Source: a virus (Duplodnaviria; Heunggongvirae; Uroviricota; Caudoviricetes). From it: a stretch of 64,000 nucleotides of DNA. The notes under the pieces were generated by a model. That model was not told the origin of the DNA, made no database searches, and saw only the letters and a program-made list of their open reading frames with translations. Positions 18,261-28,023 of this stretch are shown piece after piece; the first letter of the stretch is position 1, and each line of letters opens with the position of its first letter. The stretch lies in the IMG/VR virus record IMGVR_UViG_3300008267_008434; one strand, written 5' to 3'. The translations under genes and the position numbers were made by a program.

Positions 18261-18505
18261 TGGCACTATCACAAACAGATAAAAGAGAAATTGAAACATT
18301 GGTTAGAAAAGAGATTAAAGATTTCTTAGGATCAACTACTGTGAAACAGTTTGAAGATAAACTGTTAGATAGAATTTCCAAAGAAATGAAGAGAGGTAAA
18401 CTAGAAAAAGATGTAAAAGACTTAATAATAAAATCATTCAGAGAATTCTATACGATAATGTATCAACAAAGAAGTTTCTGGGAATCAAAATTCAGAAGTG
18501 CGTAA
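18260..18505 (+). CDS. Hypothetical small protein
   Basis: 81-aa ORF with ATGG overlap. Confidence 0.4.
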   Translation: MALSQTDKREIETLVRKEIKDFLGSTTVKQFEDKLLDRISKEMKRGKLEKDVKDLIIKSFREFYTIMYQQRSFWESKFRSA

Positions 18506-19206
18506 TGGAAAACCTAACCGACTTATTTAAAAAACAATTCAACCAAGAAGCCAATATGATTGGATTGACAGGTATTGATCAAGCAAAAGCGAGAAAAGAA
18601 TTTACTGAAAATAAAAAGTCGGAAGATGATGATATTAGAAATAAATCAAAAGATTATCTTAAAGATGGTGTTGATTTATCCGACATTATGAAATTAGTTA
18701 AAAATAAAAAATTAACTAATAATAAAATCAAAGGTGAAATAAGAAAATTATTAAAGAAACCTGAAGAACTTAAAGATTTCTTAAAATCTTTAATTAGTAA
18801 AGATAAGACTGAAACTAAAGAGGCAACAGGAACTGGAAGTTCGGGATCTGATATAACAACACCATTGTTTTCAGGTGAAGAACCCAAAAAAGTTGAAGCC
18901 ACAGAAACCGCGTCTTCAGGTTATGGAGTTGGTGCGTATGAAGGACCTAGTATTTGGGCAAAAACCACAAGTAAGAAGAATTGGAAACCATCAAGGAAGA
19001 CACAGATACCAGGAGGAAAATTCGTTCAGGTTAAAAAAAAATGTAAACGATTTCCCTATTGTAATCAGGGAGATATTAAGGCTCTTAATATATTTGAAAA
19101 CGAAACTGTTAAAAATGTTATTGAGAAAGTAAGTAACACCTATAACTTACACGAGGAACATATAAAAGACATTATTTTATATGAGTTAAGAAAAACAAAC
19201 AAATAA
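18505..19206 (+). CDS. Lys-rich hypothetical protein
   Basis: 233-aa K/E-rich ORF. Confidence 0.45.
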   Translation: MENLTDLFKKQFNQEANMIGLTGIDQAKARKEFTENKKSEDDDIRNKSKDYLKDGVDLSDIMKLVKNKKLTNNKIKGEIRKLLKKPEELKDFLKSLISKDKTETKEATGTGSSGSDITTPLFSGEEPKKVEATETASSGYGVGAYEGPSIWAKTTSKKNWKPSRKTQIPGGKFVQVKKKCKRFPYCNQGDIKALNIFENETVKNVIEKVSNTYNLHEEHIKDIILYELRKTNK

Positions 19207-19231
19207 CGATATTTATTATAAAAACACAATT

Positions 19232-20581
19232 ATGAAAAGTAACACTTATTACGATAATTTATTTAGAAAAGTTCTAACCGAAACTTTAGAAGGAAAGGCT
19301 GATGAGATAATGGAAAAATTAAAATTTAATCCTCCAGGGAAATCGTTTGACTATGTCCAAGAAGGAGAAACTTGTGAATGTGGAGGTGAAATGAAAGAAG
19401 GTGAATGTATGGAATGTGGATACATGAATGAAGAGATGAAAGAAAGTAGGTATGTTACATCCAAAGGAGGTAAATTCCCTAACGAAAAAAAGGAATTATC
19501 AAGACAAGATTCTGAATGGACTATGCCAGGATTTGATATGGAAGAATACTGTGCTCAATATTACGATATGGATCCTGAAAGATGTCAATCATATTATGAT
19601 CAAAAAGAATATAATGATAATAGAGGTGAAATCGATGAAAGACTTCATGGTAAACAATCTCGTTTGGATAAAAACAAAAATGGAAGAATAGATTCGGAAG
19701 ATTTTAGATTACTTAGAAAAAAAGGAAAAAATACGGAAATGGAAGAAGGCAACGCATTTTCAGGAGCTCTTGCCAATGCTAAAAAAGAAGGTAAATCTCA
19801 TTTTTCTGTTGATGGTAAAAAATATACTGTTAAAGAAAGTAAAAGACAAAATGATAATGGTGTTTTATATAAATTAGAATACATTAATGAAACCGCATTG
19901 TTTACTGAAGATGAAATAATAGATATTATTGAGGGTATTATTAAAGAAGAAAGTAAAACAAAAAATACGATTAAAACAGGTAAAACACCTGCAGGGTATA
20001 TGGCATATGAAAAGTCACATAAAGGTTCGGGAAAAGAAGAAGATGACTATATGAAAAGTTTTGAGAAGAAAATGAAAGATTATCTTAAAGACGGATCTAA
20101 AGGTAAGTATGAAATGAATCCTAAACATTTTCCTATGGGTAATGGTGAAATTGAAAAAATGGAAAAAATGGCTTATGTACCATCAAATGCTGTACAGGAT
20201 TATGTAGATAACTTTACCGCCGCAGCATTAGAAAACTTAGACTTCAATGATGGGATAGCTCCAAATGAGGATTGGATGACAGATAACATTGAAGGTTCAT
20301 CTAGAACGGGTAATAACCCTGAATGGGCAAATGCGGTTGAAACACCAACAAACAAGAAAAGAAACAAAATAAGAAAAGATAATTTACTTGGTAAACTAAA
20401 AAGAAAGGCATATAATAAATCTGTACAACCAGTAGTTTCAGATAAAACAGGTAATGAAACAGATAAAGCAAGTAAAGTTATGATGAAACTTGAATCAGTT
20501 GAAAACAAAAAAATTGAAAAACTTAATGAGGAGTTCGATAGAATGAAGTCGTTGATTGGTTATCAAGATAAGACACAATAA
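19232..20581 (+). CDS. Lys/Glu-rich hypothetical protein with N-terminal CxxC...CxxC
   Basis: 449-aa ORF with 'CECGGEMKEGECMECG'. Confidence 0.45.
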   Translation: MKSNTYYDNLFRKVLTETLEGKADEIMEKLKFNPPGKSFDYVQEGETCECGGEMKEGECMECGYMNEEMKESRYVTSKGGKFPNEKKELSRQDSEWTMPGFDMEEYCAQYYDMDPERCQSYYDQKEYNDNRGEIDERLHGKQSRLDKNKNGRIDSEDFRLLRKKGKNTEMEEGNAFSGALANAKKEGKSHFSVDGKKYTVKESKRQNDNGVLYKLEYINETALFTEDEIIDIIEGIIKEESKTKNTIKTGKTPAGYMAYEKSHKGSGKEEDDYMKSFEKKMKDYLKDGSKGKYEMNPKHFPMGNGEIEKMEKMAYVPSNAVQDYVDNFTAAALENLDFNDGIAPNEDWMTDNIEGSSRTGNNPEWANAVETPTNKKRNKIRKDNLLGKLKRKAYNKSVQPVVSDKTGNETDKASKVMMKLESVENKKIEKLNEEFDRMKSLIGYQDKTQ

Positions 20582-20606
20582 TTTACATAAAAAATATCTT
20601 TGTTAT

Positions 20607-20643
20607 TATTCTCCATAGATACTTGTCTATGGAGAATTTTTTT
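20607..20643 (+). terminator. Rho-independent terminator (11-bp stem ttctccataga / tctatggagaa plus T7)
   Basis: Perfect inverted repeat followed by ttttttt. Confidence 0.7.
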
Positions 20644-20661
20644 AATTATATAGCAAAACCA

Positions 20662-21093
20662 ATGGATCCCGATGATGTGGACATATGGTTTAGAGTTAAT
20701 AATATAATACCTGAAAAAATGGATTTATATTATGACTTTAGTTTTTCATTATACTATTTGATTTTAGACACATATTTGGGTGACGACAAAAATAGTGAAA
20801 CCAAAATAGTATTATCTGATGAAGATAATTTAAAACATTTTGAATGGTGTTGGAATAAAACAATTGAGAACTTTCAAAAAGAAGAAATTACTTTTAATAA
20901 AAAAGGGGATCATTATGAGTATTTCTTATCATTCTTCACTGACATATTCTATAATCAAAAGGAGAACAAAATAAAAAGTTCAATAGGAACATTCTTTAAC
21001 GACTTATTCGACAGGAAAAAACCTTTTACAAAATCTGATTTGGATATGATATCAAGTATATATAAATCATTAGATAAAAATATGTCAGTATAA
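20662..21093 (+). CDS. Hypothetical protein
   Basis: The listed start at 20623 lies inside the terminator hairpin, so 20662 is preferred. Confidence 0.45.
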   Translation: MDPDDVDIWFRVNNIIPEKMDLYYDFSFSLYYLILDTYLGDDKNSETKIVLSDEDNLKHFEWCWNKTIENFQKEEITFNKKGDHYEYFLSFFTDIFYNQKENKIKSSIGTFFNDLFDRKKPFTKSDLDMISSIYKSLDKNMSV

Positions 21094-21159
21094 TATTGAC
21101 ATTAGAGTTAACTAATTTAGATTTATGATAATATAAATAAACTTTTTTTAATTAACAAA

Positions 21160-21333
21160 ATGGAAACATTAGAAAAAATTAAAGCACTTACAGAGGAACT
21201 TAGTGTTGATGTAACGAAGTTCAACAGTGGTAATAAAAGTGCGGGAACTAGAGCAAGAAAGACTTCCCAAGAATTAAAATCTTTATTACAACAATTAAGA
21301 GGTGAAATTCTAGAATCTAAAAAAGCTGCGTAA
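21160..21333 (+). CDS. Unlisted 57-aa ORF; possible Bacteroidetes histone H1-like DNA-binding protein
   Basis: METLEKIKALTEEL...GNKSAGTRARKTSQELKSLLQQLRGEILESKKAA. The 'GNKxAGTRARK' basic motif is recalled from small Bacteroidetes histone-like proteins. Confidence 0.3.
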   Translation: METLEKIKALTEELSVDVTKFNSGNKSAGTRARKTSQELKSLLQQLRGEILESKKAA

Positions 21334-21334
21334 T

Positions 21335-21526
21335 ATGACTAACATAAATACTATATATCTTTTTGTATTTGTGTTCTCACTAATTGCAGTATTTAGAATT
21401 GTTTTTAGATTTACTGTTTCCCTACTACAATCTGAACCGAAAAAATTTGTGATGAGTAGTAGGGAAACTATTTATTTAGGTTTATTCATATCTTACATCA
21501 TAACATATTTAATACAATCAAATTAA
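21335..21526 (+). CDS. Small membrane protein (2 TM)
   Basis: 'IYLFVFVFSLIAVFRIVFRF' and 'IYLGLFISYIITYLI'. Confidence 0.4.
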   Translation: MTNINTIYLFVFVFSLIAVFRIVFRFTVSLLQSEPKKFVMSSRETIYLGLFISYIITYLIQSN

Positions 21527-21972
21527 TGGGATTATTTGAAGAATTCAGTATACTATTTCCTTACTTACAATCAGTTAGGAAAATTAAAAATTATTTATCT
21601 TTTGACATTGAATTTCCTGAAACATGGAAGTTACCTAAAAAATATGTTAATGAGAAATCTGTAATGGAGAATGAAAAAACAACAACAGGTTATAGGTTCT
21701 TCTCATTTGTTGCTGAGTTTAATGAAACCTCAACAAACCAATTAATTGATAGTATTAAAAATGTCATCTCTTACAATAAAGAAAGAGAAGAAAAAGACAG
21801 GTTATTCCAACACAAGGTAAATGAGTTGAAAGCGATTTTTGAAAAACAAAATTTAAATAGTCTACAAGCTTTGAAATTTGACATAAATGATCCTAAAATT
21901 GAATTAGAAGATGACGAAGAAACCACTGAGCCAACTGGAAGGGATGCAGGATTGGTTGAAGAACGAGATTAA
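21526..21972 (+). CDS. Hypothetical protein
   Basis: 148-aa ORF with ATGG overlap. Confidence 0.45.
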   Translation: MGLFEEFSILFPYLQSVRKIKNYLSFDIEFPETWKLPKKYVNEKSVMENEKTTTGYRFFSFVAEFNETSTNQLIDSIKNVISYNKEREEKDRLFQHKVNELKAIFEKQNLNSLQALKFDINDPKIELEDDEETTEPTGRDAGLVEERD

Positions 21973-22117
21973 TAAAGATAAGAAAGAACTTGAACTTGAA
22001 AAAATAAAATTTCTAAATGAGATTAAAAATTTTAAAAAAGAAGACATAGTTCAAAAAAATACGAATAAAGTTAAACTAACAATATGGCAGAAACTGAAAA
22101 AAATGTTAATGGGATAA
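21944..22117 (+). CDS. Hypothetical small protein (start uncertain)
   Basis: Overlaps the 3' end of the previous gene in another frame. Confidence 0.25.
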   Translation: MQDWLKNEINKDKKELELEKIKFLNEIKNFKKEDIVQKNTNKVKLTIWQKLKKMLMG

Positions 22118-22398
22118 TGGAAAAATTAGCATTAATAACTGATGCCACTCAATCAATGTTCCCAAAAGGTAAATCCGTAATAGTTTTTGAATTGAATGAG
22201 GGAGACTTCAAAGAAGTATTAGGAAATTTTAGACAACTCGATCAAGGACATAAAAAATTTAAAATTGATATATCAGGAGTTGAGGTTGTTTTTATTTTGG
22301 AGGGTCAATACGACGACTCAAAAATAAATGTAGCACCTGTAAAAAGGAGTTTTATTGGGAGACTATTCCCTTTTATAAGTCGTAAATCGTCTATATAA
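22084..22398 (+). CDS. Hypothetical protein
   Basis: 104-aa ORF. Confidence 0.4.
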   Translation: MAETEKNVNGIMEKLALITDATQSMFPKGKSVIVFELNEGDFKEVLGNFRQLDQGHKKFKIDISGVEVVFILEGQYDDSKINVAPVKRSFIGRLFPFISRKSSI

Positions 22399-23001
22399 AA
22401 CCGATTTAGGAATACCATTACTGGATAATAAATCATAAAGGTATTTCTTTTGTTGTGGTGATGAATCTTTAACAATAATAGTATCAATTCTACCTTTATT
22501 AATCATATAATTAGACACACCATCAACAAATCTATCACAATCATCTTCACTCTTTAATGAAAATAGATTTATATCACTGTCATGTTGGATAACAATTTTG
22601 TTATTAATTTTCGATAAAAGTTTAACCCCAATTTTAGGTAGATGTTTCCTCATAAACTTATCAACACCTATCTTAGTTTTATTTTTAATATCGTATAGTT
22701 GTTCCTCTTTTCTATATGGAGTAATTTCAACTATAGTATAGTTTGGATCTTCAAGTTCAATTTTTATTGTTCTACCAAAATCATCTCTAACAAAATATGG
22801 TGATGACTCATCCATCTTTGAAACTAATGCAAGTTCGTAGACGCATTTTTTACCATTCTCAGTCTCAACACCAAAAAATACATTTTTATTTTCTTCTATT
22901 AAGTTTTTATAATATTTTGTAGCATTAACTTTAGTTTTAAACTTCTTTATAATTTTCTTTTTTACCTTATTTTTGAATAATACAATTGTGAAATTGTCCA
23001 T
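22363..23001 (-). CDS. Hypothetical basic protein
   Basis: 212-aa minus-strand ORF, divergent from dnaJ. Confidence 0.45.
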   Translation of the reverse strand: MDNFTIVLFKNKVKKKIIKKFKTKVNATKYYKNLIEENKNVFFGVETENGKKCVYELALVSKMDESSPYFVRDDFGRTIKIELEDPNYTIVEITPYRKEEQLYDIKNKTKIGVDKFMRKHLPKIGVKLLSKINNKIVIQHDSDINLFSLKSEDDCDRFVDGVSNYMINKGRIDTIIVKDSSPQQKKYLYDLLSSNGIPKSVLYRRFTTYKRE

Positions 23002-23008
23002 TTTTTCA

Positions 23009-23016
23009 TATCTTTG
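23009..23016 (+). promoter_or_regulatory. -7 box TAtcTTTG upstream of dnaJ-like gene
   Basis: TAnnTTTG, 29 nt before the ATG at 23046. Confidence 0.4.
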
Positions 23017-23045
23017 TAATTAAATATAATTAAAATACTATATAA

Positions 23046-23975
23046 ATGAATATTCCGAATTATTACGACATATTAGGTGTTCCTGAAACTGCAACCCAAG
23101 ATGAGATAAAAAAAGTATATCGTAAACTGGCAAAAGAAAATCACCCTGATGCTGGTGGTGATGAGGAAAAGTTTAAGCAAATTGCTGAAGCATATGATAC
23201 TATTGGTGACGATAACAAACGACAAGAGTATGATATGAGAAGAAAGAACCCATTTGCAGGAATGGGAGGAGGTGACGATATATTCCAACAGATGTTTAAT
23301 CAGGCATTTGGTAATCGTAGACAAAAAAATGTGGTACATGATTTAGTTATTGATACTGAATTAAAAGTTACTGAATCATATTTGGGTGCGAATAAAGAAA
23401 TCACATATCGTAGGAAATTAAAATGTGATCCATGTAATGGTAGTGGGGGTGAGAAGAAAATTTGTCCCGAATGTAATGGACAAGGTTCTGTAGTGAGACA
23501 GATGGGGTCTGGTATGTTTATACAAATGGTACAAGTTGCTTGTAACACTTGTTCAGGACATGGACGAGTTATTACAAATCCTTGTCATATTTGTAATGGT
23601 AGTGGGACTAAAGATGAGATGAAAACTGTTGAAGTTAAATTACCTAATGGTATTGATGATGGACAATTCATCCGATTACAAGGTGTTGGGGATTTTAGAA
23701 ACGGTGTTTATGGTAACTTAGTTGTTAGAGTTAAATTGGTTTCTGATAATAATTTTGAAAAGTACGGACCTCACTTAATTTATAATGCTTATTTCACATT
23801 GGATGATTTGAAGAAGAGTGATTTTGAAATACCTCATCCTGACGGTACGGTAAGGTTAAGATTCCCAAAGACATTTGATACAACAAAACCCTTAAGAGTT
23901 AAATCAAAAGGGTTTAAAGGTGAAGTGATAGGTGACTTGTTGGTTAACCAGCATGTCCGATTTGAAAGGGATTAA
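23046..23975 (+). CDS. dnaJ: DnaJ-family co-chaperone (J domain plus four CxxCxGxG zinc-finger repeats plus C-terminal domain)
   Basis: 'YYDILGV...HPD' J domain. Repeats 'CDPCNGSGG', 'CPECNGQGS', 'CNTCSGHGR', 'CHICNGSGT'. Confidence 0.85.
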   Translation: MNIPNYYDILGVPETATQDEIKKVYRKLAKENHPDAGGDEEKFKQIAEAYDTIGDDNKRQEYDMRRKNPFAGMGGGDDIFQQMFNQAFGNRRQKNVVHDLVIDTELKVTESYLGANKEITYRRKLKCDPCNGSGGEKKICPECNGQGSVVRQMGSGMFIQMVQVACNTCSGHGRVITNPCHICNGSGTKDEMKTVEVKLPNGIDDGQFIRLQGVGDFRNGVYGNLVVRVKLVSDNNFEKYGPHLIYNAYFTLDDLKKSDFEIPHPDGTVRLRFPKTFDTTKPLRVKSKGFKGEVIGDLLVNQHVRFERD

Positions 23976-24152
23976 AATAAAGAAATTACATCTTTAATTA
24001 TTTGGATGGTACCGTAAATTCCGGCACCAAACATATATAATGAGAATATTAATAATCCCCATTGTGTTTTACTCATACCTTTTTTACATTGACTACATCC
24101 TGTAACTTGTGTTGCTTCTTTTTTTGATTGTTCTACTTCTTGTTTCATAATG

Positions 24153-24665
24153 TTATTTTTGATAATAAATAATTATATCACCAATTATTTTATAAGTGAA
24201 TGATTGGTTAATAATTGATTCTCTTATCACAATATCATCATTTCTTGTTATTATAATCTCTCTAGTGTTAACATTATTGAATAATTTTTTTGGGTGACGG
24301 ATTGAGGTATTTATTGTTATTTTAAGATTATTATTTTTTATGTTGTAATGAGTAAATAATTGATAATCAAAACCTAAACGGTAATCACGAATCAATAATG
24401 CACATTTATGTTTACAGGTATTAAATAAAATAAATGATTGATTAATTAAAACATCGTATATGTCCGACATTGAGTCCATGATTTCATCCGTTGGGACTCT
24501 AATAAATTCACCACTACCGGTAATAGCTCGGAAAGATTCATAAGTTTGAACGATACTCAATGGTTGACCATTAATGGTAACATTTTTAATAGGAACACTC
24601 TCAACAATTATACTCTTAAGTAATGGTAATAAATTCATATATAATATAAATACAAGAAACCCCAC
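24153..24665 (-). CDS. Hypothetical protein
   Basis: 170-aa minus-strand ORF. Confidence 0.4.
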   Translation of the reverse strand: MGFLVFILYMNLLPLLKSIIVESVPIKNVTINGQPLSIVQTYESFRAITGSGEFIRVPTDEIMDSMSDIYDVLINQSFILFNTCKHKCALLIRDYRLGFDYQLFTHYNIKNNNLKITINTSIRHPKKLFNNVNTREIIITRNDDIVIRESIINQSFTYKIIGDIIIYYQK

Positions 24666-24687
24666 CTTTTTAGAGATGGGGTTACAA

Positions 24688-24876
24688 TTATTTCATTCCT
24701 AAAATTGAGGTAATCAACCCAGACCGATTCACCCAGTCATTAGCGGTCAGTTTGTTTAATAGGATTCTGACAACCTGTTGATAATATTGATTACTCAACC
24801 ACATCAACAATACAAAGATAGTGAAGTTTTTGGTTCTGCCAAAACTTTTGTAATCTTTTTTAAAAAAAATATTCAT
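24688..24876 (-). CDS. Hypothetical small protein
   Basis: 62-aa minus-strand ORF. Confidence 0.3.
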   Translation of the reverse strand: MNIFFKKDYKSFGRTKNFTIFVLLMWLSNQYYQQVVRILLNKLTANDWVNRSGLITSILGMK

Positions 24877-24910
24877 TGACTGATTATCATAAATATCTTA
24901 TACTTTACCT

Positions 24911-25750
24911 ATGTTAAGTTATATCGGAGGTAAGAGTAAAATTGGAAAGTGGATAGTCCCTTTCTATGATAATAATATGGAAACATATGTTGAAACATTC
25001 GGAGGGATGTTTTGGTGTTTCTTCAACATGGACTTAAAACAGTTCCCAAACCTAAAGAAAGTTGTTTATAACGACTTTAATCCACTTAATTACAATCTGT
25101 TTAAATGTATTCAGAACCCAACTGAATTATTGAATGCAATTAACGCAATTGATTGTCAGAAATTTGGTGTAGAAGTAACTCCACCAATTTATAAAGAACA
25201 GTTTATCAGGTTTCAGGCTGAAATTTTTAGTGAAGGTTTCAGTGTAGAACCTGGTAATTATGAAGTTGCTGCTAAATACGCTTATGTCCTTACACAGGTT
25301 TTTAGTGGTTCTAAACCTGAGACAAGTTCATTCATTGACTTGAAAGGTAAATACAAATCAAAGTATCTTACATTTAGAGATAAATTATCTAAACCTGATT
25401 GGGTAGAACATTTCTTGAAAATTACGGATGTTGAAAATATGGATTTTGAGGATGTCATTAAAAAGTATGATTCACCAACAACATATTTTTATGTTGATCC
25501 ACCATATTGGAAAACTGAAAATTACTATTCAAATCACGATTTTGACAGAGAAGATCATGAAAGACTTGCAAATATATTAAAAGGAATGGAAGGTAAATTT
25601 AGTTTGTCGTATTATGACTTCCCGTTGTTATCGGAATGGTTCCCTAAAGAACAATATAGTTGGGAGAAAAAAGAATTCGCTAAGGCGGCGGCAGCCAAAA
25701 AAGGTACCAAACAAAATATGGGTGAAGAATTACTTATACTGAATTATTAA
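24911..25750 (+). CDS. dam: DNA adenine methyltransferase (Dam / D12 class)
   Basis: N-terminal 'YIGGKSK', motif I 'VETFGGMF', catalytic 'VDPPYW'. Confidence 0.8.
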   Translation: MLSYIGGKSKIGKWIVPFYDNNMETYVETFGGMFWCFFNMDLKQFPNLKKVVYNDFNPLNYNLFKCIQNPTELLNAINAIDCQKFGVEVTPPIYKEQFIRFQAEIFSEGFSVEPGNYEVAAKYAYVLTQVFSGSKPETSSFIDLKGKYKSKYLTFRDKLSKPDWVEHFLKITDVENMDFEDVIKKYDSPTTYFYVDPPYWKTENYYSNHDFDREDHERLANILKGMEGKFSLSYYDFPLLSEWFPKEQYSWEKKEFAKAAAAKKGTKQNMGEELLILNY

Positions 25751-25799
25751 TTAATTTATTCATTTTTATTTATCGTAATATTTATAGTAAAAACATCAA

Positions 25800-27644
25800 A
25801 TGAAATTAGTAAAAATTTTATCATCGGTAATCGTAGAAAATGTTGATCCTAAATTTAGATTAACAGAAATATCAAATAAATTAATGAATCAACTTGTCCT
25901 TAAATTTAGTAACGAAACTAAAGATTCTGAGGATGATATTAAAAGTTATATTGGTGATTTTGATAAATATAAAAACGGATTACCTGCCGACAAACGAGAC
26001 ATTACAAAATATACATATGATCAACTTAAGTCTGTGATTTTATCAAAAAGAGTTAAGAAGGAAGAAGGTGATATATTTAAAACCTATATGAAGGGTCCTG
26101 GTAAAGGTTCTGATCAAAGACAAGTTAAGTCTATGATTAAGAAATTCTTAGAGATAAGAAATTATCTACCTGAACCTAATAGGGATATTATGAGATACCC
26201 TTATTTGAAGTTGGTTGAATTGATACAAAATAAATTTGGTGGAATTATTACCAAGGCGGCATTTGAAAAATATAAGAAAGAAAGAAACGATTTAACAAAC
26301 GAGCAAATACTTTCTTACATTGAAAGATATGTTGATTTGTATGATAGATTGGAAGCAAATACGCCACCGATTATGTTAATGTCATTTGATGAGTTGGAGG
26401 CGGCATTGGATCATTTACCTGACGGAGATGATACACCAAAGAAAAAAGGTGACGACTTTAAAGATATTGAAACAATCTACGATAAAGATAATTTGTATAT
26501 CTTCAAACCAAACGGTAAAGAACAATGTATTAGATTAGCACATGGAAGACCTTGGTGTACATCAAGAATTGGTGGTGGTAACTTATATTACAACTATCGT
26601 TTGGAAAATAACTTAACACTTTACTATGTTATTGACAGAGATACCCCATTTGATGATTTGAACTTCGCGGTTGTTATCTTGGTTGATGAGTATGGAAGAA
26701 AAAGAATTGCCGATGGTAAAAACATGGCTGGTGGATATTCAGGACACAGAACAGAGACTTGGGATACAATCTCATCTAAAGTTCCGAAGTTAAAAGACAA
26801 AGAATACTTATTTACTCCAGATCCACTTACTGATAGAGAAAAAGGATTATTAAGAAAATACAAACATATTAATGTTCAAGACGATGCAGTTAAAGAACTT
26901 GGTTCGGTTGAAGATGCTGAGTTTTGGTTAGAAATTGCAAGTCCAAACCTAACAAACAAACCAAGAGTTTATATTAATTTACCTTCAGAACTTAAAAAGA
27001 AATATATTTCTTTGGGTATGGATTTAACAGGTGATATGATTACAAGTTCAGAACCTGATGTTGTTAAATATTATTTGGCAAGAAAGATTGATTCGTTGAG
27101 AACCAAAACTTTAAATAATCTTACCACCGCGGATATTGCTTTGATTAATATGCCGGGAATGAAAAATCTTAAGGAAGAACTTAAGGTTAAATATGCCGGA
27201 CAGTTGGCAACAGAAGGTGACAACATTGTTAAGATTACATACCCGAATGATGCGTCATCAAAATATATTGCATTGTTTGGTTTTGATGAATTATTTGAAA
27301 ATTTACCTGAAAGTATTACATATTTAACAATATCAAATAAATCAAACGATTCTCTTGATTTGGATATACCGGCAAGCATTGGTAAGTTTACAAATATAAT
27401 AGCATTGGTACTTGAGAATTGTGTAAAATCACTACCTGAAGAATTAGGAAGAATGGAAGGATTAACATTCCTAACATTACAGAATAATAAAAATCTTCAA
27501 AGTCTACCTGAGTCTTTAGCGGATTTAGAGTATTTGGATCTTATTGCGTTATCGGGATCAAATCCAAGTGTTGTAATACCTGAAAGATTAAAGAATATGA
27601 TGGTTGAAGAAGGTGATGGTTTTTACTATATTTCAAGAGACTAA
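25800..27644 (+). CDS. Large protein: internally duplicated N-terminal module, WC[TS] domain, C-terminal leucine-rich repeats
   Basis: 'LPADKRDITKYTYDQLKSVI' and 'LPEPNRDIMRYPYLKLVELI' are a duplication. 'HGRPWCTSRIGGGNLYYNYRL...LYYVIDRD' is shared with the 54205..55179 gene. C-terminal LxxLxLxxN repeats. Confidence 0.5.
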   Translation: MKLVKILSSVIVENVDPKFRLTEISNKLMNQLVLKFSNETKDSEDDIKSYIGDFDKYKNGLPADKRDITKYTYDQLKSVILSKRVKKEEGDIFKTYMKGPGKGSDQRQVKSMIKKFLEIRNYLPEPNRDIMRYPYLKLVELIQNKFGGIITKAAFEKYKKERNDLTNEQILSYIERYVDLYDRLEANTPPIMLMSFDELEAALDHLPDGDDTPKKKGDDFKDIETIYDKDNLYIFKPNGKEQCIRLAHGRPWCTSRIGGGNLYYNYRLENNLTLYYVIDRDTPFDDLNFAVVILVDEYGRKRIADGKNMAGGYSGHRTETWDTISSKVPKLKDKEYLFTPDPLTDREKGLLRKYKHINVQDDAVKELGSVEDAEFWLEIASPNLTNKPRVYINLPSELKKKYISLGMDLTGDMITSSEPDVVKYYLARKIDSLRTKTLNNLTTADIALINMPGMKNLKEELKVKYAGQLATEGDNIVKITYPNDASSKYIALFGFDELFENLPESITYLTISNKSNDSLDLDIPASIGKFTNIIALVLENCVKSLPEELGRMEGLTFLTLQNNKNLQSLPESLADLEYLDLIALSGSNPSVVIPERLKNMMVEEGDGFYYISRD

Positions 27645-27659
27645 TTTAAATCCGAATAT

Positions 27660-27956
27660 ATGAGTAATGTTGATATTGAAATTTATGTATCACAATTAAT
27701 TAATTTCTTTGAGAGTAATCCAAACGATTTAATTGAATTGATAGGTAATCTTCAGAAAGAAGAGTTCTATCATAAATTGAGAGAGAAGTGTGAAGAGAAC
27801 TATAAGAAAGGTGAAGATATTGTTTTGACAAAAAATCAAATTATTGATATTGTGGTGGAACTTAAAATACCTGAACTATCGGATAAATTAAATCCTAAAC
27901 AAGTTGTGGAAGGGTTTATCCAAAAAACAAAGTTTGGGGATATTATTTTAAATTAA
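27660..27956 (+). CDS. Hypothetical protein
   Basis: 98-aa ORF. Confidence 0.4.
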   Translation: MSNVDIEIYVSQLINFFESNPNDLIELIGNLQKEEFYHKLREKCEENYKKGEDIVLTKNQIIDIVVELKIPELSDKLNPKQVVEGFIQKTKFGDIILN

Positions 27957-27991
27957 TTTCATTTCGTATTTGGCAATTACAAATTAATTAC

Positions 27992-27999
27992 TATCTTTG
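27992..27999 (+). promoter_or_regulatory. -7 box TAtcTTTG with TTTG about 19 nt upstream
   Basis: TAnnTTTG, 24 nt before the ATG at 28024. Confidence 0.4.
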
Positions 28000-28023
28000 T
28001 GATGTAATTAAAACCAAAACATT

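Noticed and set aside
20595-20602. TAtcTTTG box immediately upstream of the 20607-20643 terminator
   Set aside because: A promoter firing directly into a strong terminator is implausible. Probably a chance match, so not listed as a promoter.
20623-20661. Listed start of the 20623..21093 ORF
   Set aside because: That ATG lies inside the 3' stem of the terminator hairpin and its T-tract. The downstream ATG at 20662 is the plausible start.
23977-24150. Apparent about 58-aa minus-strand ORF in the gap after dnaJ
   Set aside because: Careful codon-by-codon translation hits a stop after 24 codons (MKQEVEQSKKKQHKLQDVVNVKKV*). The longer ORF was a reading error.
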